Shown: piece after piece, positions 49,134 through 59,176 of the stretch
How the letters are laid out: each line of letters begins with the position of its first letter
Numbering within the stretch: the stretch's first letter is position 1
Notes under the pieces: generated by a model
What the model was told of the DNA's origin: nothing
The model's database searches: none
What the model saw: only the letters and a program-made list of their open reading frames with translations
Origin: Winogradskyella sp. UBA3174
GTDB lineage: Bacteria; Bacteroidota; Bacteroidia; Flavobacteriales; Flavobacteriaceae
Length of the DNA stretch: 64,000 bases
Direction: 5' to 3'
NCBI RefSeq assembly: GCF_002364335.1
Contig: NZ_DEXW01000077.1
Span: 42,281-106,280, forward strand
Position numbers and translations under genes: made by a program

Positions 49134-51034
49134 TAGTAGAATTATTACATAAAATATCGGGAAGATATGCCTCTAAATGGCTAGTAATGCTATTTGATAT
49201 ATGCATAACTATTGGCACATTTTACATTGCATATTTAATTCAATTTAATTTCCAACTAGAGTTTGATCCATTCGTCGTTGCAAAACAATTACCATATATA
49301 GGATTAGTAGCTATAATTAGCTTTCTAGCAGTAGGGTCTTATAAAGGGGTTGTACGTTTTACGGGATTTAAAGATATTATAAACATAATTATTGGTACCA
49401 ATATCATAGCAACATTGTTAATTGTTGTAACATTGATATCACGGAAATTTAATGAAGATTCTATTTTTAATATTTCCGGTTCTATTGTTTACATCCACCT
49501 TTTACTAAATATTTTATTTTTAATAGGTTTTAAATTATTCATTAAGTCCTTATATAACTATATAACTCAAGATTTTAATAAAATTACTAAAGTTTTAATT
49601 TTTGGTGCTGGTAATTCTGGTATGCTTACCTATGATGCCATAAAGAATGATACTAAAAATGGTATTGAGATTGTCGGTTTTCTTGATGACGATGATCGTA
49701 AAATTGGTAAAAAAATAAATTTATTACATGTACTACATTTAAATAAGATTACACAATCTTTCATCACAAAGAATGATATTGAAGAGGTTATTATTTCTAT
49801 TCAGAATATAGAACCGACTAGACTTCTTCAAATTACTGGCAGCTTATTTACTTTAGGCTTAAAAGTAAAAATTGTACCACCTGTACAAAGTTGGATTGAC
49901 GGAGATTTGAGTGCAGGACAAATTAAAGAGGTTAAGATTGAAGATTTATTAGGTCGTGATCCTATTAATATTAAAAACCCGGATTTAGAAGAGCAATACG
50001 ATAATAAAGTCATATTAATTACTGGTGCTGCTGGCTCTATAGGTAGTGAAATTTGTAGAAAAGCAAGCCTATACAACTATAAAAAACTAATTTTAGTTGA
50101 TAATGCTGAATCCGCACTTTACGATATACAACAAGAATTTAAAAACCGAGGTTTAACTAACATAGAAGCCATTGTAGCTGATGTTAGAAATAAAACCAGA
50201 TTAGATCAAATATTTGATCTTCATAAACCAAAAATGGTTTTCCATGCTGCTGCATATAAACATGTACCATTAATGGAAAATAATCCATTTGAGGCAGTTA
50301 GCGTAAACATAGGAGGAACTAAAAATGTTGCAGATCTAGCTGTAAAGCACGGTGTTGACAAGTTTGTTCTGATATCTACAGACAAAGCTGTAAACCCAAC
50401 AAATGTAATGGGTGCGACAAAAAGAATTGCTGAACTCTACGTTACTTGTTTAAAAGGTAAAGGGCAAACTAAGTTTATAACTACAAGATTTGGTAATGTT
50501 TTAGGATCTAACGGGTCTGTAATTCCATTATTTAAAAGGCAAATTGAAAATGGTGGGCCTTTAACCGTTACTCATAAAGATATTACTAGGTATTTTATGA
50601 CTATACCTGAAGCGTGTCAACTGGTATTAGAAGCAGCAGCAATGGGTAATGGTGGTGAGATTTTTGTTTTTGATATGGGAGAACCTATTAAAATATTCAA
50701 CCTAGCAAAAAATATGATAATTTTATCTGGATTGCGATATCCAGAAGATATAGACATTAAAATAACAGGGTTACGTCCAGGTGAGAAAATTTATGAAGAA
50801 TTACTAGCCGATGGTGAAAACACCAAAAAGACTTATCATGAAAAAATAATGATTGCTAAATCAAAAAAACTTATGATAAATAAGACAGAACAAGTCATAA
50901 TAAAACTTTCAAGCATAAGCTCTATTGCGCAACCTTTAGAAATAGTTGCTTTAATTAAATCAATTATTCCAGAATATATTTCTAATAACTCAACCTATGA
51001 AGTATTAGATACAAAAACAAAACCTAATATTTAA
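49130..51034 (+). CDS. Membrane-anchored CapD/PglF/WbpM-type UDP-HexNAc 4,6-dehydratase
   Basis: Four N-terminal TM helices, then two Rossmann regions (GAGNSG; ITGAAGSIGSE) and YKH...K; 634 aa. Confidence 0.85.
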   Translation: MIVELLHKISGRYASKWLVMLFDICITIGTFYIAYLIQFNFQLEFDPFVVAKQLPYIGLVAIISFLAVGSYKGVVRFTGFKDIINIIIGTNIIATLLIVVTLISRKFNEDSIFNISGSIVYIHLLLNILFLIGFKLFIKSLYNYITQDFNKITKVLIFGAGNSGMLTYDAIKNDTKNGIEIVGFLDDDDRKIGKKINLLHVLHLNKITQSFITKNDIEEVIISIQNIEPTRLLQITGSLFTLGLKVKIVPPVQSWIDGDLSAGQIKEVKIEDLLGRDPINIKNPDLEEQYDNKVILITGAAGSIGSEICRKASLYNYKKLILVDNAESALYDIQQEFKNRGLTNIEAIVADVRNKTRLDQIFDLHKPKMVFHAAAYKHVPLMENNPFEAVSVNIGGTKNVADLAVKHGVDKFVLISTDKAVNPTNVMGATKRIAELYVTCLKGKGQTKFITTRFGNVLGSNGSVIPLFKRQIENGGPLTVTHKDITRYFMTIPEACQLVLEAAAMGNGGEIFVFDMGEPIKIFNLAKNMIILSGLRYPEDIDIKITGLRPGEKIYEELLADGENTKKTYHEKIMIAKSKKLMINKTEQVIIKLSSISSIAQPLEIVALIKSIIPEYISNNSTYEVLDTKTKPNI

Positions 51035-51059
51035 TAGACCACCTATAATTGTAAATCAA

Positions 51060-51833
51060 ATGAAAAATCAAACCTTCTTAATCTTAATACTGTCACTATT
51101 TTTAGCACACTCATGTGCCTCTCGTAAAAACCTTGTGTATTTTCAAGATGAACCTATACAAGAAGGACTTTCTGTTAACGAACCTGAGCAATTAATTTAT
51201 AAGCCAGATGATATATTAACCATTAATGTTTCTGCTTTAGACCCAGAAACGGTTATACCATTTACTTTACCTGTAGTATCAAACAATCTTGGTGGAATTG
51301 GGGCTCAAGGTGCTATACAACAACAAAGCTATTTAGTAGATTATAACGGTAATATTGAGTTTCCGGTTTTAGGAACTACAAAAATAGCTGGATTAAACAG
51401 AACACAATTAACAAAAATGCTGACTGAGCGTATTAGAGAGTATGCTAGAGACCCTATTGTAAATGTTAGATTGGTGAATTTTACAGTTACGATTATAGGA
51501 GAAGTTTCGAGTCCAGGAACATTTACGATACAAGACGAGCGCATTACGTTATTAGAAGCCTTAGGTCTTGCAAGAGATTTAACTATCTATGGAAGACGAA
51601 AGAATGTATTATTGATACGAGAAGTAGATGGTAAGAAGAAATTTGCTAAAATTGATTTAACATCAATAAACACGGTGAGTTCACCTCTTTATTATTTACA
51701 ACAAAACGACGTTATCTATGTGGAGCCTAATAAAGCTAAACTCCGTTCTTCTACCTATACTCAAAATAATGGCCTTTTAATTTCTGCAATTGGAACGTTA
51801 ACTACTATTATCGCAGTGTTTTTAATAAAATAA
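51060..51833 (+). CDS. wza: Wza-type polysaccharide export outer-membrane lipoprotein
   Basis: Lipobox LAHSC, a Poly_export-like PDDILTINV motif, SLBB-like repeats and a C-terminal helix; 257 aa. Confidence 0.8.
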   Translation: MKNQTFLILILSLFLAHSCASRKNLVYFQDEPIQEGLSVNEPEQLIYKPDDILTINVSALDPETVIPFTLPVVSNNLGGIGAQGAIQQQSYLVDYNGNIEFPVLGTTKIAGLNRTQLTKMLTERIREYARDPIVNVRLVNFTVTIIGEVSSPGTFTIQDERITLLEALGLARDLTIYGRRKNVLLIREVDGKKKFAKIDLTSINTVSSPLYYLQQNDVIYVEPNKAKLRSSTYTQNNGLLISAIGTLTTIIAVFLIK

Positions 51834-51854
51834 TATAATTGTCAAAATTCTTTC

Positions 51855-54224
51855 ATGGATACTAAATCTACCTCAATTACAGGCTTACACATTAGGAAAA
51901 AAATAGAATTATTTTTTTCCTATTGGAAATGGATTTGCTTTTCTGTAATTGTAGCACTGGTAATTGCCTTCACCCATTTGCGATATACCAATTATGAGTA
52001 TAAAGCCAATGCAACTATTAAAATACGTGATGAGAAACAATCAACTATGCTACCTAGTATGGAAGAAATGGGGAGCAACGGGCTTTTCTCACAAGGCTCC
52101 GATAAAATAAAAGATGAAATTTCAGTTATACAATCACGGACATTATTTAAAAACATAGTTGAAAAATTAAAATTAAATATAAGTTACTTTGAGGAGGGTA
52201 AAATAAAAGAAAAAGAACTTTATTCTAACCCAGCTATTAAAGTTAGCTTCTTTCAGAGTGATTCAATAATTAATGAAATAAAAACCAACTTATTTATTAA
52301 AATAAAATCGCCTTCAGAATTTATTTTATTCAAAGAACAACATAAATATCTAATGAATCGTGTTGATTCAGAAGGAGAAGTGTATTCATTCGGTGATAAA
52401 ATTGAAACTAGCTATGGTGGTTATGTTATAACTCCAAATATTGGTAAAAATAAACCTAAAATAGGAAGTAATATTAGAGTTTCAATCAATCGTTTAAATA
52501 GCGTAGTGGGAAGCTATCAGAGAAAAGTGAAAGTTTCTACGTCGAAAGGATCTAGTATTGTTAAGCTTGAATTACAAGAGACCGTTGCTCAAAAAGCTAT
52601 AGATATTTTAAACCAACTTATTCTAGAATATAATAATGATGTATTAGCGGATAAAGAAGCTGTAGTAAATGTAACATCAGATTTTATAAATACGAGACTA
52701 GCAAAGGTTTCTGAAGAGTTAAACCAAGTAGAGCTTACAGCTGAAGAGTTACAAAAAAACAATAGACTTACGGCTTTAGGGTCTCAGGCAAATATATACC
52801 TAGAGAGAGAAAAAAATAATGAATCACAGATATTAGTCACTTCTAATAGGCTAAAACTTATTGATTTTCTTCAAGAAGAAATTAGTGTAGAAGGAAAAGC
52901 TTCTGACTTACTTCCTTTGAATGTAGTTGATGACTCCGGAGTAAACCTGATCACTAAAAACTACAATGAATTGGTCTATCAAAGAGATAAAATTCTTAAA
53001 AACTCAAGTGAAATAAACCCAACTGTTATAAAACTTAACGATCAAATAAGCCAGCAAGAATCTAGCCTTCAGAATACTTTAAGTAATATGAAGCAATCAA
53101 ATAATATTACTCTTAATACTTTAAATAAAGAAGATGTACGTATTCGCGGACAGATCTATAGTGCTCCTAAAAGACAGAGACAATTTAGAGATATTGAACG
53201 TAAACAGGGTATGAAAGAGTCATTATACCTCTATCTATTGGAAAAGAGAGAAGAAACAACAATTCGATTAGGTATGTATTCTCCTAATGCTAAAATTATT
53301 GATAGTGCTTATTCCTCATTTCGTCCTGTAGCACCAAATCCAACAATTACATATTTGGCAGCATTTATATTTGGGTTAGCTCTTCCTATTGCGGTAATTT
53401 ACCTTATAATTTTAACAGATACTAAAATTTACAGAAAAAACGATTTAATTGATATTTTAGATATACCTTATATTGGTGATATACCTAAAACTTCTAAAAA
53501 AGAAACATTAATCAAAAAAGTTGATTATTCACCAAAAGCTGAAGCTTTTAGAATTATAAGATCAAACATAGATTTTATGTTAAAAAGCACAACCGATGGG
53601 TCTAAAAAAATATTTATTACGTCTACCAAGGCGCAAGAAGGTAAATCGCATACAAGTACTAATTTAGCATCGTCAATTTCATTCTCAGAAAAGTCTGTTC
53701 TTTTAATTGAGATGGATATTAGAGTCCCTAAAATCATGAATTATTTAGGATTAAAAGACGAATCTAAAATAGGACTATCAGATTTTATTGTAGACAATAA
53801 AATAAAGCCTCAAGATATTGTTATTAAACATAAAGAGAATAAATACTTAGACATTATACCTTCGGGGACTATTCCTCCAAATCCGTCTGAATTATTAATG
53901 AGTGATCGGATTAAAGAATTATTTAACTATTTTGAAGATAAATACGATTATATTGTTGTAGATACTTCAGCCGTAGGCATTGTAAGCGATACACTTTTAA
54001 TAGCAAATTTTGCAGATATGTTTATTTATGTTGTAGGTGCTGATAATGTAGATAAGAGACAATTATCAGATGTGGCACAAACTTTATACAATGAGAAACG
54101 ATTACCAAATATGACTCTGTTATTAAACGGTGTTAAAAGAGGTAAAGGTGGTTATGGTTATGGTTATGGTTATGGTAACAATCCTAATAAGAACACGAAA
54201 AATAAATGGTATAGTTTTAGTTAA
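51855..54224 (+). CDS. wzc: Wzc-type chain-length regulator / BY-kinase
   Basis: Wzz-like periplasmic coiled-coil region between two TM helices. P-loop TSTKAQEGKSHTS, and a C-terminal tyrosine cluster GGYGYGYGYG. Confidence 0.85.
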   Translation: MDTKSTSITGLHIRKKIELFFSYWKWICFSVIVALVIAFTHLRYTNYEYKANATIKIRDEKQSTMLPSMEEMGSNGLFSQGSDKIKDEISVIQSRTLFKNIVEKLKLNISYFEEGKIKEKELYSNPAIKVSFFQSDSIINEIKTNLFIKIKSPSEFILFKEQHKYLMNRVDSEGEVYSFGDKIETSYGGYVITPNIGKNKPKIGSNIRVSINRLNSVVGSYQRKVKVSTSKGSSIVKLELQETVAQKAIDILNQLILEYNNDVLADKEAVVNVTSDFINTRLAKVSEELNQVELTAEELQKNNRLTALGSQANIYLEREKNNESQILVTSNRLKLIDFLQEEISVEGKASDLLPLNVVDDSGVNLITKNYNELVYQRDKILKNSSEINPTVIKLNDQISQQESSLQNTLSNMKQSNNITLNTLNKEDVRIRGQIYSAPKRQRQFRDIERKQGMKESLYLYLLEKREETTIRLGMYSPNAKIIDSAYSSFRPVAPNPTITYLAAFIFGLALPIAVIYLIILTDTKIYRKNDLIDILDIPYIGDIPKTSKKETLIKKVDYSPKAEAFRIIRSNIDFMLKSTTDGSKKIFITSTKAQEGKSHTSTNLASSISFSEKSVLLIEMDIRVPKIMNYLGLKDESKIGLSDFIVDNKIKPQDIVIKHKENKYLDIIPSGTIPPNPSELLMSDRIKELFNYFEDKYDYIVVDTSAVGIVSDTLLIANFADMFIYVVGADNVDKRQLSDVAQTLYNEKRLPNMTLLLNGVKRGKGGYGYGYGYGNNPNKNTKNKWYSFS
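54150..54176 (+). repeat. (GGTTAT)4GGT hexanucleotide microsatellite encoding the Wzc GYGYGYGYG tyrosine cluster
   Basis: Read directly from the sequence: four perfect GGTTAT units followed by GGT. Confidence 0.9.
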
Positions 54225-54242
54225 ACTATATAATAAACTTTT

Positions 54243-54282
54243 AAAAACAGCAACCAATCAATTGATTGGTTGCTGTTTTTTT
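54243..54282. terminator. Bidirectional intrinsic terminator between convergent wzc and proline dehydrogenase
   Basis: AAAAACAGCAACCAATCAATTGATTGGTTGCTGTTTTT, a near-perfect ~18-bp palindrome with flanking A and T runs. It overlaps the stop codon of the minus-strand gene. Confidence 0.85.
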
Positions 54283-55453
54283 ACATTCTACGTCGTTTTT
54301 TCTCAGATTTTAATAATACCAACTCTCTATTAGTCTGCCCAGCAACAGAAGTGTTCTCCTCCGCTCTTCTAATTAAGTAAGGCATCACATCTTTAACTGG
54401 CCCAAAAGGAATATACTTAGCAACATTGTAACCCTCCGAGGCTAGATTAAAACTAATATGATCGCTCATTCCGTATAATTGACCAAACCATATGTTGTTA
54501 TTATTTCTACTAATCCCTAAGTCATTCATTAAACCCATTGCTAAATAGCTACTTGCTTCATTATGAGTACCTATAAAAACAGAAATCGTTTTATTGTTTT
54601 CTAAAATATACTTCAAGGTCGTATTAAAGTTATCGTCTGTAATAGCTTTGGTTTCACAAATAGGTGACTTATAGTCTCTTTCATCAGCTCTTTTTCGTTC
54701 TTTTTCCATGTATGCACCACGTACAATCTTCATTCCTATTGTAAAACCATCTTTATTAGCACGATTATGCAAACCTTTTAAATAATCTAAACGATCCCAT
54801 CTATAGGTTTGTAATGTATTATAGACTATTGTTTTTTTCTTATTGTAAAGAGACATCATATCTTCTACCAGGTCGTCTGCGGCATCTTGCATCCAACTTT
54901 CTTCTCCATCAATTAATACTTCAACCTCTTTTTCTTCTGCCAACTTACAAACAGCATCAAACCGAGCTACTACTCTATTCCATTCGTTTTGCTCCTCTTT
55001 AGTAAACTCTAGACCTTCTGTTTTCTTTTGATATAGATAAAAACGGCCAAAACCTGTGGGTTTAAAAACAACGATAGGCATAGCTTCTCTATCATCACAG
55101 AATTGTATAATTTTCAAGATTTTTTCTAAAGCACCATCAAACTGTTCTTCTGATTCTTTTCCTTCAACCGAATAATCTAAAACAGAACTAACTTTGTGTG
55201 TAAAAAGCTTATCTATTACGGGCAAACAATCTTCTTCATTAACTCCACCACAAAAATGATCGAATACAGTAGATCTAATGAGTGCTTCAACTGGCAATTT
55301 AGCTTTAAGTGCAAAATTTGTGGCTGCAGTACCAATACGGACTAAAGGTTGTACGGAAATCATCTTAAACAAAAAATAGGCACGTTCTAATTCAGAATCT
55401 GATTTTAAAGCAAAAGCAGTTTCTGTATTTTCAAAAAGGGTTTTATTTATCAT
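54281..55453 (-). CDS. Proline dehydrogenase (monofunctional)
   Basis: 390 aa with a proline dehydrogenase TIM-barrel pattern (VKGAYMEKER-like VRGAYMEKERKRA). Confidence 0.8.
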   Translation of the reverse strand: MINKTLFENTETAFALKSDSELERAYFLFKMISVQPLVRIGTAATNFALKAKLPVEALIRSTVFDHFCGGVNEEDCLPVIDKLFTHKVSSVLDYSVEGKESEEQFDGALEKILKIIQFCDDREAMPIVVFKPTGFGRFYLYQKKTEGLEFTKEEQNEWNRVVARFDAVCKLAEEKEVEVLIDGEESWMQDAADDLVEDMMSLYNKKKTIVYNTLQTYRWDRLDYLKGLHNRANKDGFTIGMKIVRGAYMEKERKRADERDYKSPICETKAITDDNFNTTLKYILENNKTISVFIGTHNEASSYLAMGLMNDLGISRNNNNIWFGQLYGMSDHISFNLASEGYNVAKYIPFGPVKDVMPYLIRRAEENTSVAGQTNRELVLLKSEKKRRRM

Positions 55454-55547
55454 TCTAAAAATTAATTATGCAAATATATTTATTCTAAGTTTTACTTTTT
55501 TGTAGAAAACTAAGTATTTTCACAACTTAATTTTAGGTATCACTATA

Positions 55548-56618
55548 ATGAAATCAATTTCTACCAAAAACGCTGTGGTTTATTTTAATTCTGAGGTCTA
55601 TTCTGAGCTAAATAAACACATCAAAACCACACAACCTTCTAAAATTTTTATCCTAGTAGATACCAATACTCACGAGTATTGTTTACCTCAGTTTTTAGAA
55701 AAATTAGAGTCTGATGATATTATTATTGAGGTCATGGAAATCCCAGAAGGAGAAGATCATAAAACTATAGATATCTGCACTGGTGTTTGGGAAGCTTTAT
55801 CTGAGTATAATGCAGATAGAAAGAGCTTGCTTATTAATCTAGGTGGTGGAGTTGTTACCGATTTAGGCGGTTTTGTAGCATCAACTTTTATGCGTGGCAT
55901 AAAATACATAAATATACCAACATCACTTCTAGCAATGGTAGATGCTTCTATTGGCGGAAAAACAGGAGTAGATTTAGGTGCGTTAAAAAATCAGATTGGT
56001 ATTATTAATGAAGGTGAAATGGTTGGTATTGATATTGACTACTTAAGTACATTGCCTCAAAATCAGATGGTTTCGGGTTATGCTGAAATGATAAAACATG
56101 GCCTAATCTATGATGAAAATTATTGGAATGTTCTTACGAATCTTCAAAATTTAGATATTTCTGATTTAGAGCAATTAATTTATGATTCTGTTATAATAAA
56201 AAATACCATAGTAACTGAAGATCCTAGAGAACAAGGACTAAGAAAAACACTCAATTTCGGACATACATTAGGTCACGCCATTGAAAGTTATTTTTTAGAA
56301 AACGCTGATAAAACACCACTTCTTCATGGTGAAGCTATAGCTATAGGCATGATATTAGAAACTTATTTATCTCATAAAGTTTGTGGGTTATCTATCGAAG
56401 CTTTAAACCATATAAAAGACGCCATTCTCAAAACATATCAAAAGACCATATTTCTAGAAAATGACAAAAGTAGCATCATTGAGCTTTTAAAATATGATAA
56501 AAAGAATAGTCATGGCATTGTTAAGTTTGTGCTTCTAGAGTCTATAGGGCAAGCTAAAATAGATTGCGAAGCTAGTAATTCACTAATCTTAGAAGCTTTT
56601 AATTTTTACGATTCTTAG
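55548..56618 (+). CDS. aroB: 3-dehydroquinate synthase
   Basis: GGGVVTDLGGF, DASIGGKTG and LNFGHTLGHAIE motifs. Confidence 0.9.
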   Translation: MKSISTKNAVVYFNSEVYSELNKHIKTTQPSKIFILVDTNTHEYCLPQFLEKLESDDIIIEVMEIPEGEDHKTIDICTGVWEALSEYNADRKSLLINLGGGVVTDLGGFVASTFMRGIKYINIPTSLLAMVDASIGGKTGVDLGALKNQIGIINEGEMVGIDIDYLSTLPQNQMVSGYAEMIKHGLIYDENYWNVLTNLQNLDISDLEQLIYDSVIIKNTIVTEDPREQGLRKTLNFGHTLGHAIESYFLENADKTPLLHGEAIAIGMILETYLSHKVCGLSIEALNHIKDAILKTYQKTIFLENDKSSIIELLKYDKKNSHGIVKFVLLESIGQAKIDCEASNSLILEAFNFYDS

Positions 56619-57130
56619 AGATAACGCTCTGTAATTATTTGGTTATGGTGATTTTCGTGACCTGTAATAATGTAACCCAAAGCACGAACTGATATATTTG
56701 AACCACTCGCAACACCAAGCTCTAAAAACGTATCCAGGTTTAAACTTTTATATAAAGCAATTGTTGCCATTCTTACAGCTTTAAACTCTTCAATTAAACT
56801 AGTTAAAGTACGTTGAGACGTATTACTTTCTAAAACATAATCATCTTGCTCAAAACCAGATAAGGGTGTTTTATCTTTTCTAGCAATACGCAAGGCACGA
56901 TATGCAAAAATACGCTCTGTGTCAATTATATGAATCAGAATCTCTTTTACCGTCCACTTATCATCAGCATAAGCATAGTTGTGCTTACTATCAGGAATAT
57001 TAGAATAGAACTTTGGAACAGAAACCAAATTAGACTTTAGACCTTTTATTATATCCTCATGGGCTGTATTATTAATATATGTAGTATAATATGGATTAAA
57101 CTCGTTTGTATTTAATAAATCTGAAATCAT
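56615..57130 (-). CDS. DinB-family four-helix-bundle protein
   Basis: 171 aa with a DinB_2-like histidine pattern (HIIDTERIF...HENHH). Confidence 0.7.
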   Translation of the reverse strand: MISDLLNTNEFNPYYTTYINNTAHEDIIKGLKSNLVSVPKFYSNIPDSKHNYAYADDKWTVKEILIHIIDTERIFAYRALRIARKDKTPLSGFEQDDYVLESNTSQRTLTSLIEEFKAVRMATIALYKSLNLDTFLELGVASGSNISVRALGYIITGHENHHNQIITERYL

Positions 57131-57147
57131 AGTTATTGGTTTAAAAC

Positions 57148-57183
57148 AAAAAATCCTTAGTCATATAATTAACTAAGGATTTT
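57148..57183 (-). terminator. Intrinsic terminator downstream of the Lrp/AsnC gene
   Basis: AAAATCCTTAGT-(10 nt)-ACTAAGGATTTT. On the minus strand it is followed by TTGTTTT. Confidence 0.7.
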
Positions 57184-57200
57184 ATTGATGTTGTTATTTC

Positions 57201-57680
57201 TTATAGCTCATTAAAGATGGTATGCATCAGTCGCTTTTTATCATTAATACTTTCTTCTAAAGATATCATAGTCTCTGTTCTATAAACACCTTCAATATCA
57301 TCTAACATAAATATAATATCCTTAGCATGCATAGTATCCTTTGCTCTTACCTTACAAAAAATATTGAATTTACCCGTAGTAATATGAGCTACTGTAACAT
57401 AAGGAATCGAACTAATACGCTCTAAAACAAATTTAGTTTGCGATGTATTTTGAAGAAAAACACCCACATATGCAATAAATGAATAGCCTAACTTCTTGTA
57501 ATCTAATGTTAATGAAGAACCCTTTATGATACCAGCTTCTTCCATTTTCTTAACCCTTACATGAACTGTACCAGCAGAAATTAATAATTTTTTCGCAATA
57601 TCCGTAAATGGAATACGCGTATTATCTATTAACATATCCAATATTTGATGATCTATTTCGTCCAATTTAAACTTTGCCAT
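57201..57680 (-). CDS. Lrp/AsnC-family transcriptional regulator
   Basis: N-terminal wHTH (LDEIDHQILDML..N.R..F.DIAKKL.IS..TV..RV..M) plus a RAM domain; 159 aa. Confidence 0.88.
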   Translation of the reverse strand: MAKFKLDEIDHQILDMLIDNTRIPFTDIAKKLLISAGTVHVRVKKMEEAGIIKGSSLTLDYKKLGYSFIAYVGVFLQNTSQTKFVLERISSIPYVTVAHITTGKFNIFCKVRAKDTMHAKDIIFMLDDIEGVYRTETMISLEESINDKKRLMHTIFNEL

Positions 57681-57754
57681 ATTTGTATTTTCTTTAAACT
57701 ATATGCAAAAATAAGACATTTTATATATCAAATACGCATCAAAAGGCGAATATA

Positions 57755-58900
57755 TTACCGTTTTAATGAGGTTTTTTCATTATTTATCATAACGAAATCG
57801 GTTTCGTTGGTAACTTCTAGAGTTAAGTTTTGTGAATTTTTGACAATTTCATTTTTAGCATTAATCTCTTTATGTCCATAAAGAGCATCTAAATTTGAAA
57901 TCGATTCAATGATAGGAACAAAATCGATGCTATCGTTTAATAAAACTTCTTTGTACTGAATAACAATGTCAATAGATTTGTCTGAGACGTTATTCAACTT
58001 GGCATTTCTAATAATAATATCACAAAACAATTTCTTGTTTTCTGGAATTTTAAAATACGCTTTATAAAAGCTATCATCATGAACTTTTGAAATCACTTCC
58101 AATCCTTTTAAAATTGACATAAAAACAAACCGTCTCACCTCTTCCCTATCATAATCATTACGATAATGACCAGCTTCAAACAAAAGTGTTGGTACACCAA
58201 AACTTTGAAACGTATCACCCACACAATTCAAATTAAAAGCATCATCATAACGTGAAATGCCATTTGGTATTTCATTCTGCAATGCCGTATTAATCTCAGC
58301 AATGATTGACATGGCAACTTTTCTGTTTGGCGTTAGTGTACAATCAATATCTTGAGAAGGTGCTAAAAAAGATAACGTAGCAGAAACATTAGTATCAGCA
58401 ACACTATAAATAGTACGTTGACCATGTAAATTAAAACAATAGTCTGGCTTAAAATTATCATAAACCTGTCGTAGCAGCTTACTTTCTGGTTGTGTTAAAT
58501 CTTGTGCGTCTCTATTTAGATCAACCTTGTTGGCATTTAAGCGTGTATAACTTTCTGCTCCATCCGGATTTAAAATTGGAATAACAAAAACAGTACACTG
58601 ATTTAATATCTTTTTGGTTAACGCGTTCTCTGTTTCAAACAGATTAAAACAATCAAACAGAGCTTTTGTAGTTGTAGATTCATTACCGTGCATTTGTGAC
58701 CAAAGTAAAACTTTCGTTTTTCCTTTGCCATAAGTGATTCCATAAATTGGACGATTTTCTACAGAAAGTCCTAATGTAGAAACAGTAGTTTTAGAGCACT
58801 TTTTAAAACATTTTTCAATGTGATTATTTGTGATGTAACGACCAAATAAAGTCGATTCTTTAACTGATTTATAAGTTGTATTTATTTGATTTAGATCCAT
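57755..58900 (-). CDS. M14-family zinc carboxypeptidase-like protein
   Basis: WSQMHGNEST (HxxE zinc motif) and a later NLHG histidine; 381 aa with no signal peptide. Confidence 0.7.
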   Translation of the reverse strand: MDLNQINTTYKSVKESTLFGRYITNNHIEKCFKKCSKTTVSTLGLSVENRPIYGITYGKGKTKVLLWSQMHGNESTTTKALFDCFNLFETENALTKKILNQCTVFVIPILNPDGAESYTRLNANKVDLNRDAQDLTQPESKLLRQVYDNFKPDYCFNLHGQRTIYSVADTNVSATLSFLAPSQDIDCTLTPNRKVAMSIIAEINTALQNEIPNGISRYDDAFNLNCVGDTFQSFGVPTLLFEAGHYRNDYDREEVRRFVFMSILKGLEVISKVHDDSFYKAYFKIPENKKLFCDIIIRNAKLNNVSDKSIDIVIQYKEVLLNDSIDFVPIIESISNLDALYGHKEINAKNEIVKNSQNLTLEVTNETDFVMINNEKTSLKR

Positions 58901-58939
58901 AGAACATCTTACTTAATCACAAATGTAACGATTTGATAT

Positions 58940-58953
58940 TTTACAATTGTAAA
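58940..58953. promoter_or_regulatory. Perfect 14-bp palindrome TTTACAATTGTAAA (candidate operator)
   Basis: Read directly from the sequence. It lies in the 303-bp divergent spacer, about 40 bp from the M14 gene start. Confidence 0.4.
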
Positions 58954-59162
58954 CAATTAAAGCCGCTCATTTTGTTACAATACTAAACACTAAACTCAAA
59001 AAACACTATCCTTTAATAATGAGTATTAAATATAATTCAACATAAATAATTTTAAATACATAATATATTGAAATTCAATTATTTAAATGTATATATTAAA
59101 AGTTTATATTTAATATAAAAATACAATTAAGTATCAATTAGCAAATCTAGAACATACTATTT

Positions 59163-59176
59163 GTTACATTTGTAAC
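59163..59176. promoter_or_regulatory. Inverted repeat GTTACA-TT-TGTAAC (candidate operator)
   Basis: Read directly from the sequence, about 28 bp upstream of the HTH gene start. It shares the TGTAA(A/C) half-site with the 58940 palindrome, and TGTAAC with 58924..58929. Confidence 0.4.

Noticed and set aside
23189-54224. Whether the glycan region is a mobile genomic island
   Set aside because: I found no integrase, transposase, tRNA attachment site or flanking direct repeats. It is more consistent with an ordinary variable chromosomal polysaccharide locus.
54130-54333. 67-aa plus-strand ORF containing VMVMVMVMV
   Set aside because: It is an out-of-frame reading of the GGTTAT microsatellite in wzc and runs through the terminator. 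It is an artefact.
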